A stretch of DNA of 37,017 bases from a virus (lineage: Duplodnaviria > Caudoviricetes): positions 1-37,017 of the IMG/VR virus record IMGVR_UViG_3300037461_000164, one strand, 5' to 3'. A program made the translations under genes and the position numbers. Of this stretch, positions 1 to 7,915 are shown piece by piece. Every line of letters starts with the position of its first letter. Position 1 is the first letter of the stretch. The notes beneath the pieces were generated by a model. That model ran no database searches, was not told the DNA's origin, and saw only the letters and a program-made list of their open reading frames with translations.

Positions 1-345
1 CCTACCCTCCCCCCGCCTTGACGCCGTCATCCGCGCATGGCACACATGGCACAAACTTTCCAGCTCACCCGTCAAGAACAACACCTCATCCCCCCCATGA
101 TCCACCACATGGTGCACGTCCACCGCCTCCGTCCACACGTTTGCGCGCAAACACTCCGCACACCACGGCTCACGCCTCAGCTGCGCCTCACGCCGCTTCT
201 GCCACTCGGCACGTCCATACAGCCGCATACGCCGCTTGCGCTCCTCCGTGCTCTGCACCCGCTCAACCAGGTGCCGCTCGCAGCGCTCCCCCCTGCGCAC
301 CAGCGCCCCGCACACCGCACACGCCTTCAACGGCTTACTCGGCAC
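1..345 (-). CDS. HNH endonuclease (HK97 gp74-like terminase accessory), running off the left edge
   Basis: My translation from GTG at 345: MPSKPLKACAVCGALV...EPWCAECLRANVWTEAVDVHHVVDHGGD...LESLCHVCHARMTASRRGEGR. It has CxxC, DVHH and LCxxCH motifs and overlaps the upstream stop (TAGTG). It is absent from the ORF track because there is no stop inside the window. Confidence 0.92.
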   Translation of the reverse strand, partial: MPSKPLKACAVCGALVRRGERCERHLVERVQSTEERKRRMRLYGRAEWQKRREAQLRREPWCAECLRANVWTEAVDVHHVVDHGGDEVLFLTGELESLCHVCHARMTASRRGEGR

Positions 346-737
346 TATGGCCCCCCAATCGTCGTAATCACAATCTGGTGCGTCGCCACCGCCCAGAGAA
401 ATGATAAAGCGCCCACGACCATCGCCCCCCCGATCACCGTAGCCGCCCAGGCTAAAATTTTGCTTTGGAAAATCAATGGCTTCACCGCCTCGCCAATCGT
501 CTTCATCTGTCCTTCCAGATCATCGATCCGCTTATGCGCCCGTGTCGCCATCTCGTTCGCCTGCCTCACATCCGCCGCCAGGCTGGTATGCTCTCTTGCA
601 TACTCTCTCTCGAACGCCAGCTCTCGGTCATTGAAACAGGCTAAACTGGTCTTGATCTCCGCCACATCCCCTCGCATCGCCTCGATCCGTTCCAGGATCA
701 CCGCCGAATTCGGCGTCGTTGCATTACTCGGTGTCAT
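345..737 (-). CDS. Coiled-coil protein with C-terminal TM helix (XhlA-like/holin-associated)
   Basis: AHKRIDDLE coiled-coil motif followed by a hydrophobic helix; sits between the holin and HNH. Confidence 0.65.
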   Translation of the reverse strand: MTPSNATTPNSAVILERIEAMRGDVAEIKTSLACFNDRELAFEREYAREHTSLAADVRQANEMATRAHKRIDDLEGQMKTIGEAVKPLIFQSKILAWAATVIGGAMVVGALSFLWAVATHQIVITTIGGP

Positions 738-763
738 GTAACAGCCCCCCTCAGGGCCTTGCC

Positions 764-1129
764 CTATTTAGGCTCCGTAGGCGGTAGACCCGCCCGGCGC
801 ATATCCGGCAAAACCCCAATCGACTGCACATGCCCCAGCACACTCCCCACGGTCGCCAGGAACAACAGCCCATATGCGCCCGTGCCTAAAACACCACCGA
901 TCTGCCCCAGCAGCTTGTATTCCGCCGGCAGAAAGTCCAGCGCCTCCAGCGCCAGCCATCCGATCACCTTCGGCCCGTAACTGCCCAGGAAATCCGCCAG
1001 ACGCTGCCACTGAAACGTCTTGTTTTTCAGCGACACCACCACCCCCAGGACCAGGTCCAACGCAATCACCAGCGCCAGCCAGCCCAGCTTGGTCACGATC
1101 GGCTGAAAGATACTTGGATCGAATTGCAT
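764..1129 (-). CDS. Putative holin (about 3 TM segments)
   Basis: Hydrophobic helices and a charged C-terminus; first gene after the late promoter. AGGAG RBS favours ATG 1129 over GTG 1135. Confidence 0.7.
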   Translation of the reverse strand: MQFDPSIFQPIVTKLGWLALVIALDLVLGVVVSLKNKTFQWQRLADFLGSYGPKVIGWLALEALDFLPAEYKLLGQIGGVLGTGAYGLLFLATVGSVLGHVQSIGVLPDMRRAGLPPTEPK

Positions 1130-1154
1130 GCTCACATCTCCTTTTTTTGACCTT

Positions 1155-1192
1155 AAAACAAAAACGGGGTCGGCCTGAATAGGCCGACCCCG
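1155..1192 (-). terminator. Intrinsic terminator in the late leader
   Basis: 12-bp perfect stem CGGGGTCGGCCT/AGGCCGACCCCG, 4-nt loop, followed by TTTTTGTTTT on the minus strand. Confidence 0.85.
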
Positions 1193-1223
1193 CCGGAACT
1201 CCGGTAATCTAAGGTCTGAACAA

Positions 1224-1253
1224 ATTATATACCCAAAACTGATAAAAAGTCAA
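1224..1253 (-). promoter_or_regulatory. Sigma70-type late promoter
   Basis: TTGACT (1253-1248), 18-nt spacer, TATAAT (1229-1224) in an AT-rich gap. Confidence 0.75.
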
Positions 1254-1355
1254 TCACCAGCCCAGCTGAATCGCCAGGTACAGCATAATAATCACCCCCA
1301 GCATAAACCCTAACAAAAACAACACCAAATCCCATGCATACCCTCGCGGCCGCAT
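1254..1355 (-). CDS. 33-aa single-TM peptide
   Basis: MRPRGYAWDLVLFLLGFMLGVIIMLYLAIQLGW preceded by a GGAGGAG RBS. Confidence 0.7.
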   Translation of the reverse strand: MRPRGYAWDLVLFLLGFMLGVIIMLYLAIQLGW

Positions 1356-1364
1356 ATCTCCTCC

Positions 1365-1608
1365 CTGAAAAGCGGGAAGGGCTGCTGGTTCACCCTTCCC
1401 TATCATCAGCAGGCCGGCTGGGGGGCTTTCGCCTCCGCCGGCTTGGGGCTGCTTTCTCGTCTGGGCCCTTTGCACCTTCCGCCAGCTCGGGAACGCCTGC
1501 GTCACCCAGATCAACCGCAGGCTGCACACCCTTTCCAGTTACTCGCAGCCCATTCAAATTATGGGTTTGGTAGGCAGTCAGGAATCGAACCTGTTCGCCA
1601 TTCTGCCC
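1365..1608 (-). ncRNA. Candidate structured RNA/leader beginning with a tRNA-like minihelix
   Basis: TATAAT at 1620-1615; GGGCAG..CAGGTTCGATTCCTG..CTGCCT-ACCA at 1608-1568; then several GC stems including a GAAA tetraloop. No convincing ORF. Confidence 0.5.
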
Positions 1609-1641
1609 TCTCGAATTATACAACACTCCATATCTCAGTGG

Positions 1642-1842
1642 TTATTTATACATCTTCTCCAGCCGAAACCCATCCAGCCGCCGGTCGTTCACCATCACCT
1701 TCACCACCGCATACCCGTGCTCCTGCGCCTCCTGCAGCAGCCGCGCCAGTTGCACCAGGTCCTCCGCCGGCATCCATTCCCCCAGCCAGCAGAGCGCCTG
1801 CTCCTCCGTCTCCACCGTCTCAGTCCATGTTTTCTGCAGCAT
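1642..1842 (-). CDS. Small protein, DUF2292-like, possible late regulator
   Basis: 66 aa, helix followed by HGYAVVKVMVNDRRL beta pattern; last gene of the early operon. Confidence 0.5.
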   Translation of the reverse strand: MLQKTWTETVETEEQALCWLGEWMPAEDLVQLARLLQEAQEHGYAVVKVMVNDRRLDGFRLEKMYK

Positions 1843-2038
1843 TGGCAATCCGCTCTCCCAACACCGGGTCATTGATCAGCCCCGGATAACACTCCAAACA
1901 CCACCACCGCTTCCCGTCCCATACCTGCGCCGTGCGCACCCAGCACACCCCGCACCAGGTCCAGATGGTCACGCCGACTTCCGGCTCCGCTCCCGCCTCC
2001 GTCTTTCCCAGCCCGATCGCTTCATCCGTGTCGTCCAT
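1820..2038 (-). CDS. Small Zn-ribbon protein
   Basis: CGVC...CLEC pairs; GAAGG RBS. Confidence 0.6.
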   Translation of the reverse strand: MDDTDEAIGLGKTEAGAEPEVGVTIWTWCGVCWVRTAQVWDGKRWWCLECYPGLINDPVLGERIANAAENMD

Positions 2039-2047
2039 TTCGCCTTC

Positions 2048-2998
2048 CTATGCCGTCAGCGCCTGATAGCGCTCCCATGCCGGCGTCGGTTCCCCCTTGC
2101 GCACCAGGTCGGTGCACATCCAGCCATTGTTTGCCAGCGGGTACCACACCAGCGTCTTGATTTTCCAGATTTCCCGCCTGGCCTCGATATAGTTCAGATA
2201 CTCCGCCTGGATAACCCGGAACGTCTCCGTATCCTCATGCGCCGTCAGCGCCGTCTCCGTCACCCACAGCTTATCCCGCTCCGCCCCGGGGACAGCCCGC
2301 AGCCAGCTCGCCTTACGCCCCGGCAGCTCGAAATCCATAGTCGGATAGCTGCTGTACGAATGATAGCTGACCGCATCATAATGCCCCGCACAAACCGGCC
2401 TGGCAATCCGCCAGAAGCGCGCCGTCTCGTCCATCAGCCCCAATCCCCCTGCCAGCAGCCAGCAGCTCAGCCGCTTATCCAGGAAGCGCTGCCCGATGGC
2501 CCGCACCACTCGACCGTAATAAGCCGCCATCTCCGTTCCAAATCCCCCCAGCAGCCCATCCACCCCCGCCCGCTGCGCCACGCCCGCCGAGGTCTCCGGC
2601 TCGTTCCATACTTCCACCGCCAGCGGCTGGTAGCGTTTGACCATCGCCAATGTAAAATTCACCAGCCGCGGCAGATAGACCGCCTGCGGAGGCGAGCAGA
2701 TCGCCCCCGGGATGATCCGGTAGGCCGCCGGCGTGCCGAATACTTGCAGCAACAAGGCCTGCCCCCGGACGGCCCCGATTTGCTCGTCCAGCGCCTCCCA
2801 ATGATAGCTGCCATCCGGCGTCTCGCTCTCCGCCCAGCTCGCCCGCAGCTTCACTACCCCATGCGCCCCCAGCCAGCGCTGCTGATCTTCCGCCCGGCCC
2901 TCGATCTGCACCCCCAGCGCCGGCGGCGCCGGCAGCACACGCCGCGGCTGTCGCTTCGGCTTCTTGCGCTTGTTATCTTTCTCGTCTTTCTCATTCAT
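2048..2998 (-). CDS. Glycoside hydrolase, clan GH-A (GH5/GH39-like TIM barrel)
   Basis: EVWNEP (acid/base), DAVSYHSY and LWVTE (nucleophile) motifs. Confidence 0.8.
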   Translation of the reverse strand: MNEKDEKDNKRKKPKRQPRRVLPAPPALGVQIEGRAEDQQRWLGAHGVVKLRASWAESETPDGSYHWEALDEQIGAVRGQALLLQVFGTPAAYRIIPGAICSPPQAVYLPRLVNFTLAMVKRYQPLAVEVWNEPETSAGVAQRAGVDGLLGGFGTEMAAYYGRVVRAIGQRFLDKRLSCWLLAGGLGLMDETARFWRIARPVCAGHYDAVSYHSYSSYPTMDFELPGRKASWLRAVPGAERDKLWVTETALTAHEDTETFRVIQAEYLNYIEARREIWKIKTLVWYPLANNGWMCTDLVRKGEPTPAWERYQALTA

Positions 2999-3629
2999 AC
3001 ACCACCTCCCCCGAGATGCTGATCAGCCATCCCAGATCCACCGCCTGGACAATCGCCGGCCCATATCCGGACGCCGGCAGCCTGGCTTCTTTGTCCTGCC
3101 CCATCCACTCAATCCGTTGTCTTGATCCGTTGTCAGGAGTGGCAATCACGAAATAGAACCCGCCCTTGTCCCCGATACACGTCTGCAGCACCAGCCGCCC
3201 GGGAACGCCGTACACCGCCCGGTACACCGCCCAGCTATCGGCCACCTCCCCCCGCCGCTCCAGCGTCGAAAACTCATCCCCCGGCCGCGTCGCCGTCCAT
3301 ACCTGGATCTCCGTCACCCGGTACCACGCCTCCCGGCCATCCATCCACCCCAGGCCGACCAGATCCCCTTCGTTCAGCAGCGTGAACCGCCTGCCCTCCA
3401 GGTAATTATGCGCCAACACCCCCACCGTCCCGAAATCCTCCAGCGGCGCTTCGAACACCGTCGCCGCCCCCCATTCCCCCGTCACCTGGTTGCGCCAATC
3501 CTGCCCCACCAGCGGCAATTGCCATTCATGGGTCATCAGCCAGCCCGGCGCATCGTTTCTCACCGTCCACGGCGCCAGCGCCGGCCCCAGCCCCATCATC
3601 ACGATGCAAAAGACCTCCAGAGCTGTCAT
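2991..3629 (-). CDS. Sortase-like protein
   Basis: N-terminal hydrophobic segment, GVLAHN (His), YRVT, RLVLQTC (Cys), FVIA strand. The usual Arg position appears to be Phe. Confidence 0.7.
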   Translation of the reverse strand: MTALEVFCIVMMGLGPALAPWTVRNDAPGWLMTHEWQLPLVGQDWRNQVTGEWGAATVFEAPLEDFGTVGVLAHNYLEGRRFTLLNEGDLVGLGWMDGREAWYRVTEIQVWTATRPGDEFSTLERRGEVADSWAVYRAVYGVPGRLVLQTCIGDKGGFYFVIATPDNGSRQRIEWMGQDKEARLPASGYGPAIVQAVDLGWLISISGEVVYE

Positions 3630-3718
3630 GGGACCAGCCTTTCTGCCAAGTTCAATACTGCCCAGGCGATTAGGCCCAGAGACACGATCGCTGCTACAAA
3701 TCCTTTTATCCCGTTCAT
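3626..3718 (-). CDS. 30-aa TM micropeptide
   Basis: MNGIKGFVAAIVSLGLIAWAVLNLAERLVP; ATGA overlaps at both ends; not in the ORF track. Confidence 0.65.
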   Translation of the reverse strand: MNGIKGFVAAIVSLGLIAWAVLNLAERLVP

Positions 3719-3804
3719 GCCTTCCTCCGCTTCCACGCCCTGACCATCTCCTCCGCCAGCCACAGCACCACCACCCCCAGCCAGATCGCCCAGATGATGT
3801 TCAT
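3715..3804 (-). CDS. 29-aa TM micropeptide
   Basis: MNIIWAIWLGVVVLWLAEEMVRAWKRRKA; ATGA overlaps at both ends; not in the ORF track. Confidence 0.65.
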   Translation of the reverse strand: MNIIWAIWLGVVVLWLAEEMVRAWKRRKA

Positions 3805-5396
3805 AAGATTTCCCTCTCCGCCAGCTCCATGCTGGCGATCTCCTGCAGGCGCGCCGCCGTCATCTCCCCTAGCGGCTCCAGCCCGCAGGCCTTCAGCAGA
3901 TCGTTCATCCGCGTCGTCATATCCAGCGGATCGTATGGCAGGTGTTTATTCACGATTGCCAACCCCACGCCCACCTGTAAATTCCAGATATCGTTCTCCT
4001 CGCGCTTCGCCCCGCTGTTGTAGGTCAGCTCGCAGATCAGCTTCCACCAGGTATCCCGGTTCTTCATCACCAGACCCGTAGCAATCCGCTCCGCCGTCTC
4101 CTGCGCCAGCAATTCCTGGTCTTTCTTCGCCTGCTTCTTCTCCCGCCGCGCCTCCTTGGCCGCTTCCTTCAGATCCTCCACCGTCGCCGCCCCCAATTCC
4201 TCCACCTTCGCCCGTTGTTTCGCCCCCGCCAGGCAAGTGCAGAACTGCTCCTTCTTCGAGCACACGATCAGCGCAGCCGGATGACCCTCCACCCGCTGCT
4301 CGCCTGGCTGGTCGCCATTTCTCGGCGGATCATAGCGCAATCGCAAGTTCGGGCAGCCCGCCTCTTTGATCGCCGGGAAATGGACCTTATTCGACCACTC
4401 GAAAGACGTGTAATCCGCATACCCGTACTGGCTTCCATCCAGCGCCGGGATCCCGCTGGCCTGGCTGGCCGCCTCCAGCTTCTTGACCTTGTGCGCCCGC
4501 TCCCGCGCCGTAAAGCACTTGTGCTCCAGGCACAGGTTCCGGCTGGCCACCCGCTTCTCGCACTCCCTGCACGCCGGCGCAACCGCCCCTTCGTACTCCA
4601 AAATGTCATCCAGTCCCCAGGGAACGTTCGCCAGCTTCGAAGCGTAAGAATTGCAGATGCCGTCGATATCATCCCGGATAGCGTCGCTGCTTAGCTCGCC
4701 TTTCAGCGCATTTCTCACGATCTTCGAAGGCGCATAGTTGTAATGGCTCTCCGCCCGCTTGCGCAGCTCCTCCGGAAGATCGAACAGCCCCGCCAGCGCT
4801 ACCGCCTGGCGCTCGCTGATCTTCCCCTCTGCCATCCCCACTTGCACTTCCTCCGGCAGCTCCAGCAGTCGCAGCGCATTGCTCACCACCGGCCGGCTGA
4901 TCCCCAGCGCCTCCGCCGTCTCCTTCTGCGACCAGCCGAAGGCCTCCATCCGTTTTGCGATCGCCCTCGCCCGCTCGATCGGCGTCACGTCCCGCCGCTT
5001 CTCGTTCTCGCTCCAGGCCATCAGCGCCATCTGCTCGTCGGTCAGTGGCCGGAACTCCACCGGCATGGCCGAGAAATCCCCCTCGATATTCGAGTGGTCT
5101 TTTACATCTCGTAACCACCCGTAAGCCGCCAGACGATTATGACCAAAGGCGAGCTGCACATGCAGAACCGCCAGAGTATCGCGCGGGTTTCCCCAATTGA
5201 TCTGCCTGGCATACAGTGAGCCGTTGACCACCACTTCGCCGTCTTCCCGCACCAGCCGCCCCAGCGGCGTCTGCAGCAGCCCGTTCTGGGCGATGTCCAA
5301 CGCCAGCTCCTTGATGTATTCCGGGTCCGGCTCGCCTTCCCGCGTCTGCCAGGGGTTGGCTTCGATCCGCTCTAAAGGCACCAGTATCGCGTTCAT
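3801..5396 (-). CDS. ParB/Spo0J-like protein with HTH and Cys-rich C-terminal region
   Basis: IEANPWQTR, GLLQTP, FGHNRL, ENEKRRD and HTH SQKETAEALGISRPVVSNALRLL. Start reset to ATG 5396 (ATGA overlap with the upstream gene). Confidence 0.85.
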   Translation of the reverse strand: MNAILVPLERIEANPWQTREGEPDPEYIKELALDIAQNGLLQTPLGRLVREDGEVVVNGSLYARQINWGNPRDTLAVLHVQLAFGHNRLAAYGWLRDVKDHSNIEGDFSAMPVEFRPLTDEQMALMAWSENEKRRDVTPIERARAIAKRMEAFGWSQKETAEALGISRPVVSNALRLLELPEEVQVGMAEGKISERQAVALAGLFDLPEELRKRAESHYNYAPSKIVRNALKGELSSDAIRDDIDGICNSYASKLANVPWGLDDILEYEGAVAPACRECEKRVASRNLCLEHKCFTARERAHKVKKLEAASQASGIPALDGSQYGYADYTSFEWSNKVHFPAIKEAGCPNLRLRYDPPRNGDQPGEQRVEGHPAALIVCSKKEQFCTCLAGAKQRAKVEELGAATVEDLKEAAKEARREKKQAKKDQELLAQETAERIATGLVMKNRDTWWKLICELTYNSGAKREENDIWNLQVGVGLAIVNKHLPYDPLDMTTRMNDLLKACGLEPLGEMTAARLQEIASMELAEREIL

Positions 5397-5578
5397 TCCT
5401 CCACCCTCACTTCCGGCAGCTTGTAGCTCTGCTCCGTCCCGCACTTCTTGCACTTGAAGATCTCCATCCCCCCGCTCACCCGCCGCCAGTGCCCGCGCCA
5501 TTTCATGCAGCGCTTGCAGTGCAGCACCTCGCCTTCTTCGTTTTCTTCCCCGGTTGTCCTGACTCGTCTTGTCTCCAT
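5393..5578 (-). CDS. Small Zn-ribbon protein
   Basis: CKRC...CKKC; GGAG RBS; coupled to the ParB-like gene. Confidence 0.6.
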   Translation of the reverse strand: METRRVRTTGEENEEGEVLHCKRCMKWRGHWRRVSGGMEIFKCKKCGTEQSYKLPEVRVEE

Positions 5579-5588
5579 CTCGCATCTC

Positions 5589-5631
5589 CTAATTTTCTAT
5601 TTTCCTAATTCCCTAATTCCTAATTTCCCTA
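5589..5631. repeat. Intergenic ~8-bp tandem repeat (CTAATTTC-like, about 5 units)
   Basis: ctaatttt ctattttc ctaattcc ctaattc ctaatttc, AT-rich within a GC-rich genome. Confidence 0.8.
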
Positions 5632-6447
5632 CCCCACCTGCCGCATATCCAGCCCGGCGATATGCACCATATCCCCCGCCATCCGGCTCCCCAGGTACTC
5701 CAGCCCCGCCGGCATGTTCGCCGGGTCGCTGTTCGTCGCCACCGCCGTCAGCACCATCTCCCGGCTCTGGTAGCGGCTATCCAGCAGCCGGAAGGCGGTC
5801 TCCTGCGCCCACCCGGTCAGGTTGATCCGGTCTACCTCGTCGATCGCCAGCGCCCGGTGGTGCCGGTATCTGCGGATCAGCGTCTCGGCTGCGTCCTGCG
5901 TCGGGTCCCCAAAGGTCGCCCGCGCCTCCGCCAGTATGTCCGCCATCGTGGTGTACACCGCCGGCACGTTCGCCACCCGGAACTCGTTCACCAGCGCCTT
6001 CAGGATCATGCTCTTCCCCACCCCAAACCCACCGTAGAACGTCACGAACCCCGCCGGGCTGGGTGTCATCCCCAGCAGCTCGCCCGCTCGTTTGCGCGCC
6101 AGCTCCTTGCCCTCCAGCGGCTTGAACTGCGTCAGCCGGATGTCCAGCTCCGTGCCGTGCAGCCCCGAATAGCGCACCAGCCAGGCGCCGTGCGCATCGC
6201 CCTTGCACACCGGGCAAAACGCCCGCATGCGATAGCCCCAGCACGATTTGCCCTGGATCACGCTCATCACCAGGTGGCTGCCCTTCGGCGCCGCCTCTGC
6301 GATCACGAACGCGCTCATCACCCCGATCCCCCCGCAGCTTGGGCAATCCCGGAGCAGCTCCGGCTCCTTGGCTTCCCCCCACACCTTCCCCGGCAATTGC
6401 CTGGCGATCTCTTTGAGCTCAACTGGCCAGATGATTTGTGTTTGCAT
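5629..6447 (-). CDS. DnaC/IstB-like AAA+ helicase loader
   Basis: N-terminal CxxC pairs, Walker A GGFGVGKS, Walker B LAIDEV, LLDSRY...ATN; follows the initiator gene. Confidence 0.88.
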   Translation of the reverse strand: MQTQIIWPVELKEIARQLPGKVWGEAKEPELLRDCPSCGGIGVMSAFVIAEAAPKGSHLVMSVIQGKSCWGYRMRAFCPVCKGDAHGAWLVRYSGLHGTELDIRLTQFKPLEGKELARKRAGELLGMTPSPAGFVTFYGGFGVGKSMILKALVNEFRVANVPAVYTTMADILAEARATFGDPTQDAAETLIRRYRHHRALAIDEVDRINLTGWAQETAFRLLDSRYQSREMVLTAVATNSDPANMPAGLEYLGSRMAGDMVHIAGLDMRQVG

Positions 6448-7390
6448 TTCCGTGCGCCTCCAGCGCCGCCATCTGTCTCTCGTATTCTTCCCGCGCCGCC
6501 TTTTTCTTCGCCGCCGCCGTGTATTCCTTCGGCGCTTGCGGCTCGCTGCCGTTGCTGGCCGGGATATGGTCGTTCACCGCCCATTCCGTCAGCCACACCA
6601 GGCTCGATGCATCGTAAGGCCGCCCGTTCTTGGTCTTCCGCCCGCTCCACGCCACCCAGAACGGGCCGAGATAAGCCACCAGCGCTTTTTCCTCCGGGAT
6701 CTTCTGCCGCAACAGCTGCACCGTCTGGATCACCAGCTCGTATTCTTTCAGCCCCGGAATTCTTCCCGAGGCCTCCCGGAAAACCCGGATGTCCGGGTGC
6801 AGCATCGCCTCCTTCGGCGTGGTCGGCAACCTGCCAGGCGCACTGAGTGAAATCGAAGTGCGCTGCCCCCCGGAAGCCGCCGCCGATTCATCCTCTCCCT
6901 CTTCTCTTCTCTTCTCTCCCTCTCCCTCTCCCTCTGGAAGCGTGACATCGGCGTGACTATTATGGTTGTCACCCGTGACATTTACACTGTCACCCGTGAC
7001 AGTTGCGGCTATTCTCTCGCGCCGTCGTCTCTGCCGCTCGGCCCACTTCTCCCGCTTCTGCATCTGGCTTCGCCCCTGCCGCTTCGAAAAATTCGGGATC
7101 AGCAGATAACCTTCGTCGTCCTCCAGCAGCTCGTATTGGACCAGCTCGGCGATCAGCCCGCACGTCCGCTCGGCGTCCATCCGTAGCCGCCAGGCGATAT
7201 CCCTGGCCAGCAGTGGGCTGTCCCCGTTCACCAGGTACCCCTCCGCGTCGCAGTCCCCCGCGATCGCCAGCAGCTTCACGAATAGCAGCTGCGCCCCCTC
7301 CGAACACTGCCCGATCTTCGGGTCGTCCGGAAACTCCACCCACAGCTTCACCCACGGCATCGATGAATTCAACGAAGGTTCTTTGGGCAT
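6419..7390 (-). CDS. Phage replication initiator (replisome-organizer-like N-terminus)
   Basis: WVKL...DDPKI...LFVKLL N-terminus, RQRRRRER segment, repetitive VT linker and EGEGEGEKRREE, typical of lambda O-like initiators. Confidence 0.82.
   Translation of the reverse strand: MPKEPSLNSSMPWVKLWVEFPDDPKIGQCSEGAQLLFVKLLAIAGDCDAEGYLVNGDSPLLARDIAWRLRMDAERTCGLIAELVQYELLEDDEGYLLIPNFSKRQGRSQMQKREKWAERQRRRRERIAATVTGDSVNVTGDNHNSHADVTLPEGEGEGEKRREEGEDESAAASGGQRTSISLSAPGRLPTTPKEAMLHPDIRVFREASGRIPGLKEYELVIQTVQLLRQKIPEEKALVAYLGPFWVAWSGRKTKNGRPYDASSLVWLTEWAVNDHIPASNGSEPQAPKEYTAAAKKKAAREEYERQMAALEAHGNANTNHLAS
6889..7001. other. Putative replication origin (iterons) inside the initiator gene
   Basis: TGTCAC-CC-GTGACA at 6967-6980 and 6988-7001 (21-bp period), CGTGAC half-sites at 6941 and 6952, and an adjacent C/T tract. 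Confidence 0.7.
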
Positions 7391-7392
7391 TG

Positions 7393-7890
7393 CTATCCCT
7401 CTGCCGGCATCAATTCAGGCTGCACCGCCACTACCGCCCCGCTGCTCCCGAACGGCAGCATCGCTTGCTGCATCGCCGGCTTGGCCCTCAGCAGGTTGTA
7501 ATTCCACAGCCCGTAACGCTCGAGAATCACCATGAATTCTTCGATGTCATGCCCCACGATCTTGTAACCCTCTCCCCCCAGCCGGAAATGACACAGCTCG
7601 TGATCGATCAAGGCATACTGCTGCTCATCGGTCAGCCGCTGCCATACGTCCTCGGCGATCCAGATCAGCAGCTCCACCGGCTCCGCCGCCCCTTCGGCCA
7701 GCAGCAGCGCCTGGGTCTTGTCATCCACCTTCGATGCCTTGGCCGCTACCTGCATCCCCTGGCTGGTCGCCGCTTCCGAGCGAAACACCAACCCGATCCG
7801 TGCATCTCGTAAATGCGGGTGATATTCCTCCACCAGCTCTTCTGTCTTGCGAATCGCTGAAGCGCTCGCCTCAGTCCATTGGATTGTCAT
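7393..7890 (-). CDS. Putative phage metallopeptidase
   Basis: HPHL...ALIDHELCH (HExxH)...HDIEEF...RYG. Confidence 0.85.
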   Translation of the reverse strand: MTIQWTEASASAIRKTEELVEEYHPHLRDARIGLVFRSEAATSQGMQVAAKASKVDDKTQALLLAEGAAEPVELLIWIAEDVWQRLTDEQQYALIDHELCHFRLGGEGYKIVGHDIEEFMVILERYGLWNYNLLRAKPAMQQAMLPFGSSGAVVAVQPELMPAEG

Positions 7891-7915
7891 CTTGTGCCTC
7901 CGTATAAATCTTTCA

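Noticed and set aside
1370-1415. Hammerhead ribozyme or fluoride riboswitch (CTGATGA on the minus strand)
   Set aside because: No correctly placed stem II plus GAAA core, and no 5' GGCGATGG-type element.
1568-1608. Functional tRNA or tmRNA gene
   Set aside because: Only 41 nt, with no D or anticodon arm, a 6-bp acceptor and no G3-U70 pair. Kept only as a tRNA-like element.
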